A DNA stretch of 64,000 bases from Camelus ferus (Eukaryota), in contig NC_045698.1 in NCBI RefSeq assembly GCF_009834535.1, positions 5,086,001 through 5,150,000 of the forward strand, in the 5' to 3' direction. Below, piece by piece: positions 24,790-38,589 of the stretch. The position numbers were made by a program, and so were the translations under genes. The notes under the pieces are model-generated. The model made no database searches. It was not told the DNA's origin and saw only the letters and a program-made list of their open reading frames with translations. Position 1 is the stretch's first letter, and the number at the start of each line of letters is the position of its first letter.

Positions 24790-26290
24790 CTTCTCCCATT
24801 TTCATACTAGAACGCTCTCTGTTTTGAGGAGTTCTTTGCGCATTGGGGCTACTAGTGATTTGCCTTCGATGTAAGTTGCAGATATTCCCCCCATTTTGTC
24901 CTTTATCTTTTGAGTTTCCTTGCGATGCTTTGCATGCCAAAGTTTTATTTCAAGTTTTTGTGTTGCTAAATTAGTCAGCCTTTAGTTTATTCTTCTAGAT
25001 TTGGGGGCACGTTTAGGGAGTCCCCCCGCCGCTCCTAGGTTACAGTGGCGCACCCCTTCAGGAGTCCGTCTCTAACGTTTAGGTTCCGGGTTGGTGTGGC
25101 ATCGACCTTGGTGCAGGCATGACATGCTTTGCCTTTTTCTAAGGGGCTGCGCAGCTGGCCCAAAGCTGTTCATTGAAAGGGTGCCACTGCTCTCTGGGCC
25201 AAGTCTCCCCTTCGCCTGGGCCTGGTTTTCAGCTTTCTTCTCTTCCATTAGTCTGTTTGTGTGCCAGGACCACTCTGTTTTAATTTTGGAGGGTTTGTAG
25301 TATGTTTTAATATCTGGTAGATCTTTTATAATTTTATAGACTTTGAACTTTTCCAGCTCCAGGAAAAAAAGAAAGCTAAACACGTTGATATGTTTTTTGG
25401 AATTGCATTAAAATCATGGCTAAATCTAGGGAGAATTTGTGACTCAAGAACATGATATAGTTTCCATTTATTGGTGTCTGTATTTCTATTTTGTTCTTTC
25501 AGGAATGTATAAAGTTTCTCATACAGATTTGGCACCTGCCTCATTTCTGTGCCTGGGTATTATGTTTCATTGTCATTCATTTAATTATTTTCCACTTTAA
25601 ATGGGGTACTTTTTTCCATTGTCTTGTCTCTCATTTTTTTTCTTTAGCTATTTGTGTTATAAAGGAGGTTTATTGACTTTTCTCTGTTAAATTTATATCC
25701 CACTATTTGACTAAATTCTTTTTTATTAAAGTCTTTAATGTACTTCTGAGTTTGTAGACAGGCAGTTTTATTTACATAGAAGGTTGGTTTCCTGTCTTTT
25801 TTCCCTAGAATTCTTATGCCTCTAATTGCTTTCTCTTGTCTCATTGCATTGTCTGATACGTCCATTACCATGTTTAACAGCAGTGGTGACAGTTGGCATC
25901 TGTGTCATTTTTCTCACTTTAGTAGGAATGTCTCCAGTGTTTCCTCCTTAAGTAGGATCCTGGCATTTGGGCTGAGATTTTTATGTATATAATTGCATTC
26001 AGTGGTAAGTAAGCATCTATCAATGCCTTTTTACCAGGTGTTTTTATAAAGAACTGCTGTTGAATTTTGTTAAATGCCTTTTGACATCTTTAGAAATGAA
26101 TTCTATTGATCTTTAATAGAATCACTTATATTTCAGGATTTTGACTGCCCCTCGTTGTCTTTAGCACTATGAAGTGCCTGCATTTGTCTGCTTTTAAATG
26201 TTTTTTGTCCTGAATTCCACCATGTCTGACACCAAAATTGTAGCCCCAGATTGCCTTTTATTGTTTTATAGCATGAACATATTTTTTTGA
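24790..26290 (-). mobile_element. Old L1M(E) ORF2 relic
   Basis: Minus-strand decayed peptides DLPDIKTYYKPSKIKTEWSWH, RFSHDFNAIPKNI and NAMRQEKAIRGIRIL. Confidence 0.8.
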
Positions 26291-26455
26291 TAGCAGGTTA
26301 GGGCCACTTAGATTTATTGATATGCTCCATGTTCTTGGTCTCAGTTTTGCCGTATGTAAGCACATACGTGGACCCATCAACATCTGTGACCACGAGAGCC
26401 AGGGGCGGAAGAGGTGTTCTTTGGACAACAAAGTAGTTGGATTCTGTGTATGTGT

Positions 26456-27136
26456 ATTTTTATTGAAGTATAGTCAGTGTACAATGTTGGGTCAGTTTCT
26501 GGTGCTCAGCATAATGCGTCAGTCATACATGAACAAGTATGTATTTGTTTCCATATTCTTTTTCACTGTAAGTTACTACAAGATATTGAATATAGTTCTC
26601 TGTGCAATATAAACTTGTCATCTATGTATTTTACATATATTAGTTAGTAGCAAATCTCGAACTCCCAATTTATCCCTTCTCACCCTCTTCTCCCCCTGGT
26701 AACCAGTAAGTCTGTTCTCTATGTCTGTGAGTCTGTTTCTGTTTTGTAAATAAGTTCGTTTGTGTCTTTTTTTTAGACTGCACATATGAATGATATCATA
26801 TGGTATTTTTCTCTCTCTTTCTGCCTTATTTCACTTAGAATGGCAATCTCCAGGCCATCCATGTTGCTGCAGATGGCATTATTTTATTCTTTTTTATGGC
26901 TGAGTCACATTCCATTATATAAATACACCACAACTTCTTTATCCAGTCATCCGTTGATGGACATTTAGGTGGCTTCCATGTCTTGGCTATTGTAAATAGT
27001 GCTGCTATGAACACTGGGGCGCGTGTATCTTTTCAAATTAGATATATATGCCTTCTGGATATATACCCAGGAGTGGGATTGCTGGATCATACGGTGTCTA
27101 TTTTTTGTTTTCTAAGACTGCACCAAACTACATTCT
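26456..27136 (-). mobile_element. 5'-truncated L1 3' end
   Basis: ttttattgaagtatagtcagtgtacaatgttg...catatggtatttttctctctc...ggattgctggatcatacgg. Confidence 0.93.
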
Positions 27137-28649
27137 TGATTGTCAGCTTCTCAAGTTCAGAAACTCATGGAAACAAATCCACCAGTTCACACTTTCTGCC
27201 CAAAAGCAGCTGAACTCTCTTTCATTTTAAAATGTTGACCCCTCAAAATAGGCTGAAAAACAAAACCATCCTTCTTTTTAAAAGGAGTCATTCAAATGTG
27301 TTTTCTGTGTACTTGATGCCTGTTTTAGCACTGGGGTCACAGGAAGTGTCCCTGTGTCCTAGCTTCTCACATGTGGGACTTTATCGGTGTGGCATTGAGA
27401 AGCTAAACCAACAGATGCCAGCTCCACTTAGCCCCCGCTTCTGAACACAAATAGCAGGAAAAAAAAGTAAATAAAAATAAAATGGGAAATGTTTATTCCC
27501 CTGGGGAGATACATAATGACCGAGTACAGAAACTGAAAGGCATTGGTAGTTCACTTTCCACTTTGAAAACAGCCAACTTGATGTAGAGGATTTAGTTCTC
27601 AATTCCTGATAAAGAAAACAGTTTTCAGATACTTCAAAGTTCGAGGTACGAGTTCCCCCTCCGGTCCTGCTTTGCTGCCCTGTCCCTGAAGCTTTGCATT
27701 TACCACTTCCAGACATGGGGCAGCAATTCTGTTCTTACATAATCCAACAAAAGACTTACGAAGAAGAGGGACACAGTCCTGCTACCTTGAAAAATGATGT
27801 TTTGCTGCAAAAATTATGATATAATAAAAGTATGTTCAGCTGCAAAGAACATGAAATCCATTGATAACCCACCTGGCAGGGTGGAGCCTGCCTGTTTCGG
27901 AAGGTCCCCTGGGTGCCCTCCTCCGCGTTGCCGTGTGCTCGGGGTGCGTCGTCAGTCAGCAGTTTAATAGCTTGCCTTTTCCACAGGTATTTGAAATTCT
28001 TCATTCTTTCACTTTCCTGCACAGTTTACCTAAACTCTTGTCAGATATTTAGGTTATTCTAAATTTTCTCATCATTATCATCATGCTGTGACAGAACGCC
28101 CTTACCCGTAGAGTATTTTTTGTGCTTTTTCTAGTCATTTCTTAGTATAGATTACAAAAAATGAAGTTGCTGGTCCGAAAGAGTATTTGTAGGGTTCCAG
28201 AGTATACTTCCAAACAGCTCTGTGAGGAAGTTTTAACACTTTATACCCCTCCTGTGGAATAGGGTTTCATTCTTTTTTGTTAACCACAGGAAGTTTAACC
28301 TGCCTGGCCCTCTCCTGGGCTCTGCTTGTGACGTACTGAATATTCATTTGAGAGCAAAAGGGAGGAACACGTTGGTTGTTCCGGCCACGTTTACGTTGTT
28401 GTCACTGTTGATATTCTGATATTCCAAAGAGAGGCTAAGCTTATTCTGCCTTGTGTAAGAGACAGATTCAAATCTAAGGGTCTGTCTGAGATGGGAGAGC
28501 CATGATCCCACGCTGTTCCATGAAAACTTGAAACACAGCTGACAAAGAGGTCCTTAAACTGTGGGTAGTTGAGGGAAGAGTCTCTAGCAGGTGTGATACT
28601 GTCACTCATTACATAGGATTGAAATAAATACCTATTCAATTAAAAAACA

Positions 28650-28950
28650 TAGTCACAAATTTATGTAGTATGTACATTTTATAAGTTGTATGTTATAGAT
28701 GATATATACTATATGAAATATTTTTCTTATTATATATAGCTTATGAAATATATGAATACATACCTTTTGTAAGTTATATAATATGTAATAACTTATAAAA
28801 CATTTCATATATTGTATGTTATATATAGCATAAATATATAATTGTAACAAAGTTGTTTGTAATATTTATAATAATGTAGTATACTTATTTGCTATTATAT
28901 ATTATATAATATAATATATAAAAGCATGTTTATATAATATATATTATATA
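28650..28950. repeat. AT-rich low-complexity (TA-like) block
   Basis: About 300 nt of degenerate tatata/ataat repeats. Confidence 0.9.
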
Positions 28951-29919
28951 AGTGATTAGGTAACTTTTAGTAGAAACAAAATTTAAGATAAATGACGATT
29001 CTGTCTGCTACTCCCATCTTGAACAAATGAGGGCTTGAGATAGAATATCTGACAGTTTCTGTGAGGAGGAGAGCGGTGTCATTGCACACGCACAGCATTT
29101 GCTTTGAACTTACTCTCCAGATATGTTCATGGTGTATAAAGTAATGACATTTAAACTTGCCATAAATTGGAGTATTAATCGCTACTTTGAAATGAAAACA
29201 GAACTCGAAACTGTTTCTGTTTAAGTAAATCCGTTTTCTCAATTATCAATTATGTTATTGACTTGAACAAAATGAATTTTCCTTGAAGAGTTGTACGCCT
29301 TTAGGAATTCAACGTACGCTAATGATCTTTCAAATGCAGAGATTAAAGGAGACTGGATGGAAATAGTTTTATGTGCCTGAAAAAGAGTCAGGAATCTCTG
29401 CCAATAAAACTCAGAGCTCCAGAGAATTCAATGTTTACGTTCCTGAGGTAAGACATCCAGAGTGAAAGTGTGTGTGTTCCGCAAACCATGGGTGACATCA
29501 GCAACATGAATAATGTCTGAAATCTTAGCTGCGATCAGGCTGAAGGAAACAGATACTCCGCTTGCTGTGATTTCCAAAATTTAAATATTAATAGTATATG
29601 GAAACACTGTTTATTCCGGCTGTAATTTTAACTGTGACTCATGCTCTTCTAACTGTAAGAGAAAATCCTTAGTTTTAAATCTAGCAATAAATTCTTGCAT
29701 TGGCAGTAATTCATGAAGTGCTGGTGGCCTGAGGTGAATTTTGCCTAGTGTGCCTGAATGCTAAATATAATTCCTTTTCTCTTTATGTTGGAATCTGACT
29801 GGATTCCCTAGTCTGATTGGATTTTTGAAGATGTGTTTATAATCTTTCAATCCAGTAATTTGCATATTCTGTAAGCAAATCTTTTATTCGCAGTCTACCT
29901 GGTCCTGTCAAGGAGAGAT

Positions 29920-30091
29920 CCCAGTGTGTGGTTCCCATGCCAATAACATGAGCAAAAGCTGGGGACTTGCTGGAAGTGCAGATTCTCAGGCCCCGCCCCA
30001 GAACAACTGAGTCAGATTCTCAGTGTGGCCCACGCAATCTGTGTTTAAAAGTGTCTCCAAGTGATTCCATGCTGCTCCAGGTGGGAAAACG
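29920..30091 (+). mobile_element. MER5A (hAT-Charlie) MITE
   Basis: gtgtggttccc...gcagattctcaggccccgccccagaacaactgagtcaga...gcaatctgtgtttaa...ctccaagtgattc. Confidence 0.85.
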
Positions 30092-30194
30092 AATGTTGAT
30101 TTTTGTTTAGAGAATAGTCCCACTTGACTTTCACCATCTTCTGCACTGATGCTTTGTGATGTTAAGAAATAGGCTACATTTGCAGTTTGGGGTG

Positions 30195-30630
30195 AAGATC
30201 TCACATATCAGGAAGCTTTGGTAGACAAACCGTCCCAGAATTTCGTCACTTAAAATAACCCTGCGGGCGCCGCCATTCTGGTCTTAGCTGGGCTCCCTCG
30301 TGTGTCTGTGGTCTGCTGCTGGTCCGCTGAGGGCTGCATGGTTTGGGATGTCCTCAGCTGTGGTGCCTTGTCTGTCCTGTTTATGATCATCCTTCCCCTG
30401 GCAGGCTGCTCTGGAGTCATTCACAGGGTTCCTAAAAAATGGGCAAGAGCAAGACCTCAGAATCAGCCTAGCAACCCCCTGTATTTCCTCTTGACCACGC
30501 AAGACTTAAGGCCAGCCCAGCCTCAAGGGCTAGAGAGGAGGACTCCACCTCTTGATGGGAGGGGATGCAAAGTCAAACCCTAAAGGAGAGAATATTCAGG
30601 GAGAGGATGACAGGGTGCGAACAGTCTACC
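30195..30630 (-). mobile_element. MaLR LTR (MLT1-type)
   Basis: aaggccagcccagcctcaaggg...gactccacctcttgatgggagggg-tgcaaagtca, a characteristic MLT1 motif. Confidence 0.75.
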
Positions 30631-31894
30631 CCCAGCCCCGGGCACAGGGTGCAGAAGGACCACTTCTTGGCTAAGGAATTCTGTCCATCCTTCCCGTAGT
30701 CCATTCAGTATGAAAAGCATCCTGATTTTTCTCTGAAGCTGAGAAGAATGACACAGCTGATAGCAGAGAACACAGTTTGTTCAGTCACTGAGTTATCACT
30801 GTACCAGCAAGAAGACCATGTTTGCAAAAGTTGCATGAACCTTAACATTTGATTAATAAAATGCATATAAAACAAGCTAAGTAGAAACAAGCAAACATAT
30901 GCATTTTATTTCAAGAGCAGAATTCTCACTGTTAGCCCTGAATTTCTGATGTGATTTCTAGAATGCAGTCTTCTGAGTGCTGAGCTGCCTGAAGACCCCG
31001 GTTCTCACATGCAGCTGACTGTGTCCTCGGGGATGTGGGGGGGATGGTAATTATGGTCACGGTGGGCTTTGATGCTGGAGGGTGCTCTGCTGCTGCTTGC
31101 GTCATCAGGGTGTTTGTGATGAACAAGAGGAGAAAAGGAGCAGGAAAAAAGGAGTATGCCCTTGATTAATGAGCTTTGGACCAAAACATTATATGGTCTT
31201 TAATCTTATTAATAATAAGCATAGGGGTTTTGATAGTTGATGTTTCACTTTAAATTGTTAATGGTGGTAATAAACTGTTTTCTGCGGTAATATTATATAA
31301 TGAGGAAGAACTATTTACTTGTGTTTTTCAGATAATTCGCTAATGTGGAACAGTTTGATCAGATGTATTCCCCTAACATATTATCCATATTTTTAAAGAT
31401 GCCTTGTTGTTTTTTTTTCTCCCACATGTTTAGAAAAATTAAGACACATATTCTGTGGCATTCAGTCTGCTTGGAGCTTCTGCTCCCTGGTTCACAAGTT
31501 TTAATTTTCCAGCCAGCATATGTTAAAAGACTTTTCTGTCTCAAATTCTTGCTTCCTAAAAGAAATATAAGAAAAAGCCTATGCCTTCAGGAAGTATGAT
31601 CCTCCCCGAAGAGTGTGATTCCACCATCAAACAGTCATAAGACAATCACGGGAGGCTGGACAATATGGCAAAGACTTTTACCTAAGACGTGCTGGTTCAC
31701 AAAGCAGAGAACACTTAGGTCATTTGGGAAAGAGTCAGATGGGATTGATTTTGAGGCAGCCTGGGAGGAAATGCTCAGATGGAAGGAATTAGTCTTCATG
31801 CCGTAAAGGCTGATTGAAGACAGGGCCACGGGGATGCTGGTGGGGCTGGGGTAGGTCAGCTTTGAGTCATCTCTCGGTCGGCCATGGCCACGGA

Positions 31895-32230
31895 GATGCT
31901 GAAAAACACCTCCCCAAGCTCAGGGGCTTAAATCATAAAGAGCATGTTTCTCACGCAGGCACGTGGGTTGGCGAGGGCTGGCCCTAACTCCAGGCTGCAG
32001 GCGGGCTCAGATCTGCCTCATGGACATCTGCATACTTCAAGGATCAGGGGCTGCTGGAGGCATTTTCTTGTGGCGGGTCCTCAGAGCACAGGGACCAGCC
32101 ATATGAGCAGCCCACTTACGGCCACTGCTCCCGTCTATTGGCCAAAGCCAGTCACATGGCCAAGCCCAGCGCCAGTGGGGCCGGGCATTGCCTGCCCACA
32201 GGCAGATGGGGCAGAGCGAGCACTCGCTGA
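31895..32230 (-). mobile_element. MaLR LTR (old MLT1-type)
   Basis: ccccaagctcaggggcttaaa...ctattggccaaagccagtcacatggccaagccca. Confidence 0.65.
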
Positions 32231-32869
32231 CCCTAGCCCGGGCTATTCCAAGTGAGGCCGGGCAAGTCAGGGCTTCGAGGAGGCTGATGTTTCTTTTCTT
32301 AGCTGTGCACATGCTAATGCAGAATTTACTGTCATTTTTCATTCCACTTGTTCACTTCAACCCCCTAACTTATGTTTTGGAGAGACCTTGAGATTTATTC
32401 TTTGTAACATAATTACCCTCCAAGCAGGTGACCTTTTTACTAGCAGTGATTTTGAAATGGCTACATTTTTTTCTAAGAATAGTTTTGGCAACTTCCTAGT
32501 GAAGATCAGTATATGTCCTTGATTTGATCTGCAGTTATGGTTGTGTTTATTCGGGAATGTAAATGACCGATAAATCCAAAACTAGACATGGCACATAACA
32601 TTAACAAGGTAAATAACTTGAATGCATTATCCATAGCAATTTAAGAGGTAATTTTTCTTTGCAAAGAAGAAGGTATAATTCCATCCCATCTATAGGGCTA
32701 TCTGTGCCTTTGAATATTGTAATTAGCACAGTTGATAAGCAAGGACCGTTTACATGCAGTATTAAGAATGCAGGTAACATTTACTTGGCTCCTTTACTAT
32801 AAAATATGAAGTATATTAAACCATAAAATTATTGGAAAATTGTTCTCCTGTTTAGCTAAAATATAAACA

Positions 32870-33775
32870 TAAATGTTCAGCATTATCAAAATTAGAACTC
32901 TTGAGGCAAATCAAAACCACACTAAGATAACATTTCACACCTATTAGAATGGCTATTATAAAAAAGACGAGATACCAAGTCTCGGCAAAAATGTGGGCAA
33001 AAGGGAACCCCTGTGCACTGTTGGAGGGAATGTAAGTTGGTGAAGCCACTATGAAAAAAATAGAAAGTAAAACAGAACTACCATACAGTCTAGCAGTTCC
33101 ATTTCTGGGTATTTACTTGAAGAAAACAAAAAACACTAATTTGAAAAGATATGTGCACCCCTATGTTCATTGCAGCATTGTGTATAATAGCCAAGATACG
33201 AAAGCAACCTAAGTGTCCGCCAGGAGATAAATGGATAAAGAAGATGTGGTTTTTCTTTATGTACACACACGAGATGGAGTATTTTCAGCCTTAGAAAAGA
33301 AGGAAATCCTTCCTTTGTGACACAGATGGGCCTTCAGGGCACTATGCTGGGTGAGATAAGTCAGACAGAGAAAGACAGGTACTGCGTGGTAACACTTACA
33401 TGTGGAATCGAGTAAGAAGAAGAAGTCAAGACTCATACAGAGTAGAAAAGTGGTTTCCAGGGCCTGGGCGATGGAGGAAATCAGGAGAGGCTGGTAAAAG
33501 GGTACAGACTTTCAGCTATAAGATGAATAAGGTCTGAGGATCTAATGTAAAACATGGCGACTGTAGCTGATAACACTGTGTAACTGACATTTGCTAAGAG
33601 AATAAAACTTAAATGTTCTCATTAAAAAAAGATAATTATGTGAGGTGATGGAGGTATTAATTAGATGTAGGGAATCCTTTTTGTAGTGTATACACCTATC
33701 AAATCACCACGATGTACACTTTAAATATCTTTCCATTTTATATGTCAATTACACCTCCGTAGACTTGGTGGGGAA
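32870..33775 (+). mobile_element. L1 (L1MA/MB-type) ORF2 C-terminus and 3' UTR
   Basis: gcaaatcaaaaccacactaagataacatttcacacctattagaatggc...gggtacagactttcagctataagatgaataagg...tatatgtcaattacacctc. Confidence 0.92.
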
Positions 33776-36700
33776 AAGACAAACCAAACAAAGATACTGG
33801 GGGAAACCCGACAACACTTCCACCTGCCCCTCACTGGCCAAGTGACCACATTTACCTGGAAGGGAAGTGGATAATGTAGTTTTTTGATTCGGTTAGCAAA
33901 GAATTGAGGTTCTCTTCTGTTTCCTAGAAATTGAAGAATTGATCCTGGGGCAACTAGCAAGCTCTGCTTAATCCCGTTTGTCTTTGGAGGACGTTCTGAA
34001 TGTGCTTGGGGCCGTGCATTGTGAGACATCCAGTACCAAGCTTTTAGTTACACTCATAGTAGCATAATAATTCCGTATAATAGTTTGCCTTCCCATAGCT
34101 TTTATTTATTTTATGGGCTGCCTTGAAGCTATGATTATGTTTCCACATATGTGCCTTTGGCACCTCTTAGAATTAGATGTAGCTTCCAAGCTAATCAAAC
34201 CATGTTTTTAAAAAAAAACTGGGGATTTAGCTGAGTTATTCCTTTGTGTGTGGCTCTTTACGGGAGAATTAAACTTGGATTAAAAAAATTTCCTCCCAGT
34301 TTTGGAGTGAGAATTTGTCAGGTAAATCTTGGAGTTCGTCTTTGTGAATTTGTGTATGTAATGAGTGCTGGTTATGTTGCCCAGGCAGTTTTAACAGTGT
34401 TTCAGTGTTATTTCTAAATTTGCATTTGAAACACTCATTGGTGGCTAATAACGAAAACGATTTCTGTTAAGGTCTCACCCTTAGCATCTATTTCATGGAA
34501 ACCATCGTTCTTGAATATCTGGAACGTTGTCCGAATCTCCCGGAGAAGGAAGTGTAGTGAAGGACGAGGTTGCTTTCTTGTGCGTGACTTGAGCTGTTAA
34601 TGGGGAGGAGGGGTGGGAGGAGGGGTGGGTGGTTACGGTAAGTGAAGGTGTTTCTCTCCTCGGTTGGCCTCCAGCGTGTGCATGTTTTGATGGCAGTTTG
34701 ATGCCATTCGCTGTTTCTCCTTTAACTAGAGCGAGCTGACTAGTAGACGGAGCAGCAGGGTTGTCTACAAAATGCTGCCCGAGTATTTGATTAGGCCTAA
34801 TGTGTTTTAATGAACAGCAGCCTAAGAGCCCAAACACTGCATCTTAGTGCGCTTGACCTTATTATGTTCAAGTAGCAGTTGGATATCACTTGGAAGAGAG
34901 TCATAAATCTCTCAGACTAATTAATGGTAATGTTTTAAAAATACTGGCAGATGAAAGCAACAAACATGTCAGTCCCCAAGTTGTGTTTTTCAGCTACTGA
35001 TTGATAATACTAGGTCAGTTGCCAAGTTTTAATTTCTTGATTAAATGGCATCCCCAATATTGCTGTTTTATTCACACTTACTGAAGTTAATAACTAATGT
35101 ATTTGACACTTCCTGTCTCTCCCAGGAAATATTTTCCCTCATTATTAAAAAAATGCAGATTGTCAAATGTAGTTACAAAAACATCAAATTATTTGACAAT
35201 TTATTAATGATAGTTTAAGACTGTAATAGTAAGGGCTGGCAGTTCTTACCAAAAATACCTAAAAATTCTGAAGTGCCTTTTGAATCATCAAATTGGTGAA
35301 ATTACATTCGATATATTTTGAAGATTTGCTTTGTTTCATTTTACTTCTTTTCCGCATCCTTTGGGCATTCACAGTGTAAATGGCAGTTTTCTATTAAGTG
35401 GGGTTCTCTATGTGGTCCTGTGTGTGGGTTGGATTGGACAATAGACGTTAAATACATTTTTGGGGACCTGTGGCTCTTTTCCTTGGCAGAGTGGATGCCA
35501 GCTGGGAGGCTGCCGCAGGTGGTGCAGGTGATGAAGGGGAGAGAGAACAGGTGGGGACCTGCCCAGTGGTGTGCAGTGAACCCGGGAGGAGACGGGACGG
35601 ATTCCAGAGAGTTGTCAGAGGGGGAGGCAGCAGAAGGCTTTGTGGTCCCTGGACTGGGTTGGGTTGTCCTCTCCATGATTTTGAGATTTAACTCAGTTTT
35701 CTTTTGAGTTGGCTTCTGTTTCCTTCGGAGTCAATAAAAAGAGACTGTTTAAATCATATAAGAATAATATGCTTGGATAAATGTGCTTATGTAATTGGCT
35801 TTTGAAATGAAGTACAGCACTCACATTGGTACCTGTTCCCTCGGGTTTTTGGTTTTACCCCATTGTATGCACTGCCAGAATCCTTTTTAACCTTGATGCT
35901 GTCATCACATCCCTGCTACTACTGCCCCTGGAGTTTGTGAAGATTCAGTCGGTGTCCACGGCGTTGCTGTGCAGACAGTGAAGAGAGCGGTCCTTCCGTG
36001 CCGTGCACAGCGTGGTGAGCACCGTCCTGTGTGCCTTTGCCCTTTGAGCTGCCTCTTCCTCTCCTCCCGTTCTCCAGTTGAGGAGGGTGAGGCCCAGCGG
36101 TTGTACAGTGTTCCCAGGGCCACAGAGCTCTTCATTCACGGGCGCTTGCTGGGGAGCAGAGCTCTAGCCTTGCAGCTTGCAGCCGTCCTGTCGCACCCCG
36201 TCCATTGCACGGATGGCCTTCTGCTGGGAGCACGAGCGGATAGACATGCAGCAAATGAGGAGTGGCCTGGGAAAGGAATGGGCTCAGTATGTACGCATCT
36301 CTAACATGGTAGATAAAGGAGAATTCTTCACCCTGACCGACCCCCCCCCCCCAAAAAAAAAAAAACTCCGAGGGAGGAAGGGATTTTATTAGGTTGAAGG
36401 ACTTAGACTGTTTCATGGAGACGGTGCTTCGAAGGCAGGACGGGGCTCCCGAACAGGAGGACACCTGGTGGAGGAAGTAACAGCAGTGGCGACGCTGCAA
36501 AGAGAAGCCAGCAGGATGAACACAGGGGGAGGGGTCCTGAGTTCTCCACCGAGGCTGCTGTGACTTGGGTCTTAGATGACACCGAGATGAATTTGCGTTT
36601 CATTTGGTAGACACAGGGAAGCCACTGGAGGTTTAGGGTAAAGAAATGACATGTTTAGACAATTTCTTAGAAGTTCATTTTCTAAACTGTCCCCTAGTTT

Positions 36701-37339
36701 TGTTTTATTTTTCTGCCTGCTACTAATTACTTCCTGGAAACACCCTGCAGACTTTGCCATTCGTGGCCTGTCTTCCGCCCCCTAGTGTAAGCCCTTTGAG
36801 TGCTGAGGCCAGGTCACAGCAGGCTTGCCACTTCCTTTGTTATTTTGAACTTTCTCTCTGGGAGCTATCCACTGCTGTGTAGACCATCCGACTCTCCTGC
36901 CGAGCCCCTCCCTCCTGCCATCCCTGAGAGGGGTCAGAAGCTGTCCTGGACCCTCCAGAACAGCCCAACCTCCATCTGAGTGTCATCACCTCCCCTCCAG
37001 CGGTGTCCTGTGGAGCAAAGGAACCTCCCAGTCTGTCCCTGCCCAGATTCATTACCCACAAAACTGAGATAAAACAGGCCACTCATGTCTGCAAGGCAGG
37101 GCTGGTTTGTTAAGCAGCCGTGGATAAGCGGAACGGAGGTCCGTTCCCTTCCGCAGGGCGAGGGTTGGAGTTGGGGTGAGGTGCCGTGCGCCCTACCTGA
37201 GGTGCCGTCGCTGATTTTATGCTGGACGTGGCTGAGTCACGGTGACCACGTCCAAAGGAAGCAGGAGGCTGTGAAGAGGAGGGGCTGGGTACAAGGAAGG
37301 GATGGATTATTGAATTAACAACACCAGTTAGATCTAGAA

Positions 37340-37720
37340 TCCGGGATCTCCCTTTGGACATCTAAGAAATATCCCCCAATTGAATCTCTAATCTTTCTTC
37401 CAAAAGGCACCTTCCTTCATAGAATCTTCATCTCACATACTGCTGGCCCTCTGTCTCCAGTCGCGCAGGTGAGGCCCGTGGGCGGCCTTCCTGCGGGTCT
37501 TTGCTCTCACACCCCGCACAGATGTTTCTTCAAGCAAGCAGGCTCCATGTTAAAGTGTATTCAGAATCCAACTACTTTGTGAGTCAAAGTCACCTTGTCC
37601 AGGCCATCAGCTTTACTTTCTCCTGTCCCCAAAGTCCTCCCGCGGGCATCCCCGAAGTGGCAGTGCATCCTTGTCTAACAGTCAGTGGTGCATGGGCACC
37701 ACAAGCTAGTGATACAGGCA
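37340..37720 (+). mobile_element. L2 LINE relic
   Basis: ttggacatctaag...ctctcacacccc...tattcagaatccaactact...caccttgtccaggccatca, similar to decayed L2. Confidence 0.5.
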
Positions 37721-38589
37721 CTGCTGATACCATAAAAATTATGTTTGGGACGAAGTCTGAGAGAATGCCGACACCTGCGGCTTTCCGCATGGAAGCTACC
37801 CTGGTCCTTTTTTATTAATGATTTTTCTTTTCATTGCGGTGTATCTTGCATGGGCGAAGTACATAAATGTTAGGATAACAGCTTAGCAGCTTAATGAAAT
37901 TTCACATTTGTGTATATATAAATATAGAATATACCAATTCTGAATATTTTAGAAAAAGTCCTCTTTATTGTAGCTTGAAATGTATGTGCTGGGACTGGGT
38001 GACCCAGGGAGTTTTCTTGATTCAAAGAGAGGATGTTACATCTGCATGGCTCTTATCTCATATTTAATGAAAGGAACCACCTAATTTTAAGTAAATTGTA
38101 CTCCATTGGAGGAAATCCTAACAAAGAAAAATCTATTGTCAAAGCAGATGGGGGAGGATAAATTGGGAATTCAGGATTTGTTGGCACTAACTACTATATG
38201 TAAAAGTGGTAGGTGCGAAGCGTGCAGGAAACTTTGGTGGTTGTACTGCCATGGACTGTCATGGAGATGGGTCATCACGTCGCCGTGGACTGGAGGGCCA
38301 TTCTGTCTGTGAGTGAAGCACATGCTAATTTGCCTTCAAAGGACTGGTTATGTTGAGTTTCTTTTTTCAGCCTGAATCCTCTGTTTTCTGCCCCCAGGAA
38401 AGACTGCTGTGATTTGACAGTGTTTCCTGATAAGTGGATTTTGTTTCCACTGGAGAAGAAAAAAAAAATCATTTATAGGAGTTTTCTAACAAAAATATGT
38501 TGAATTTCCAAAAGAACAGTTTTATTTTTATATTCCATTTGATTAAAAACTCCTCAAGACAACTGTCTTATTCATCTTTCTCTATAATC

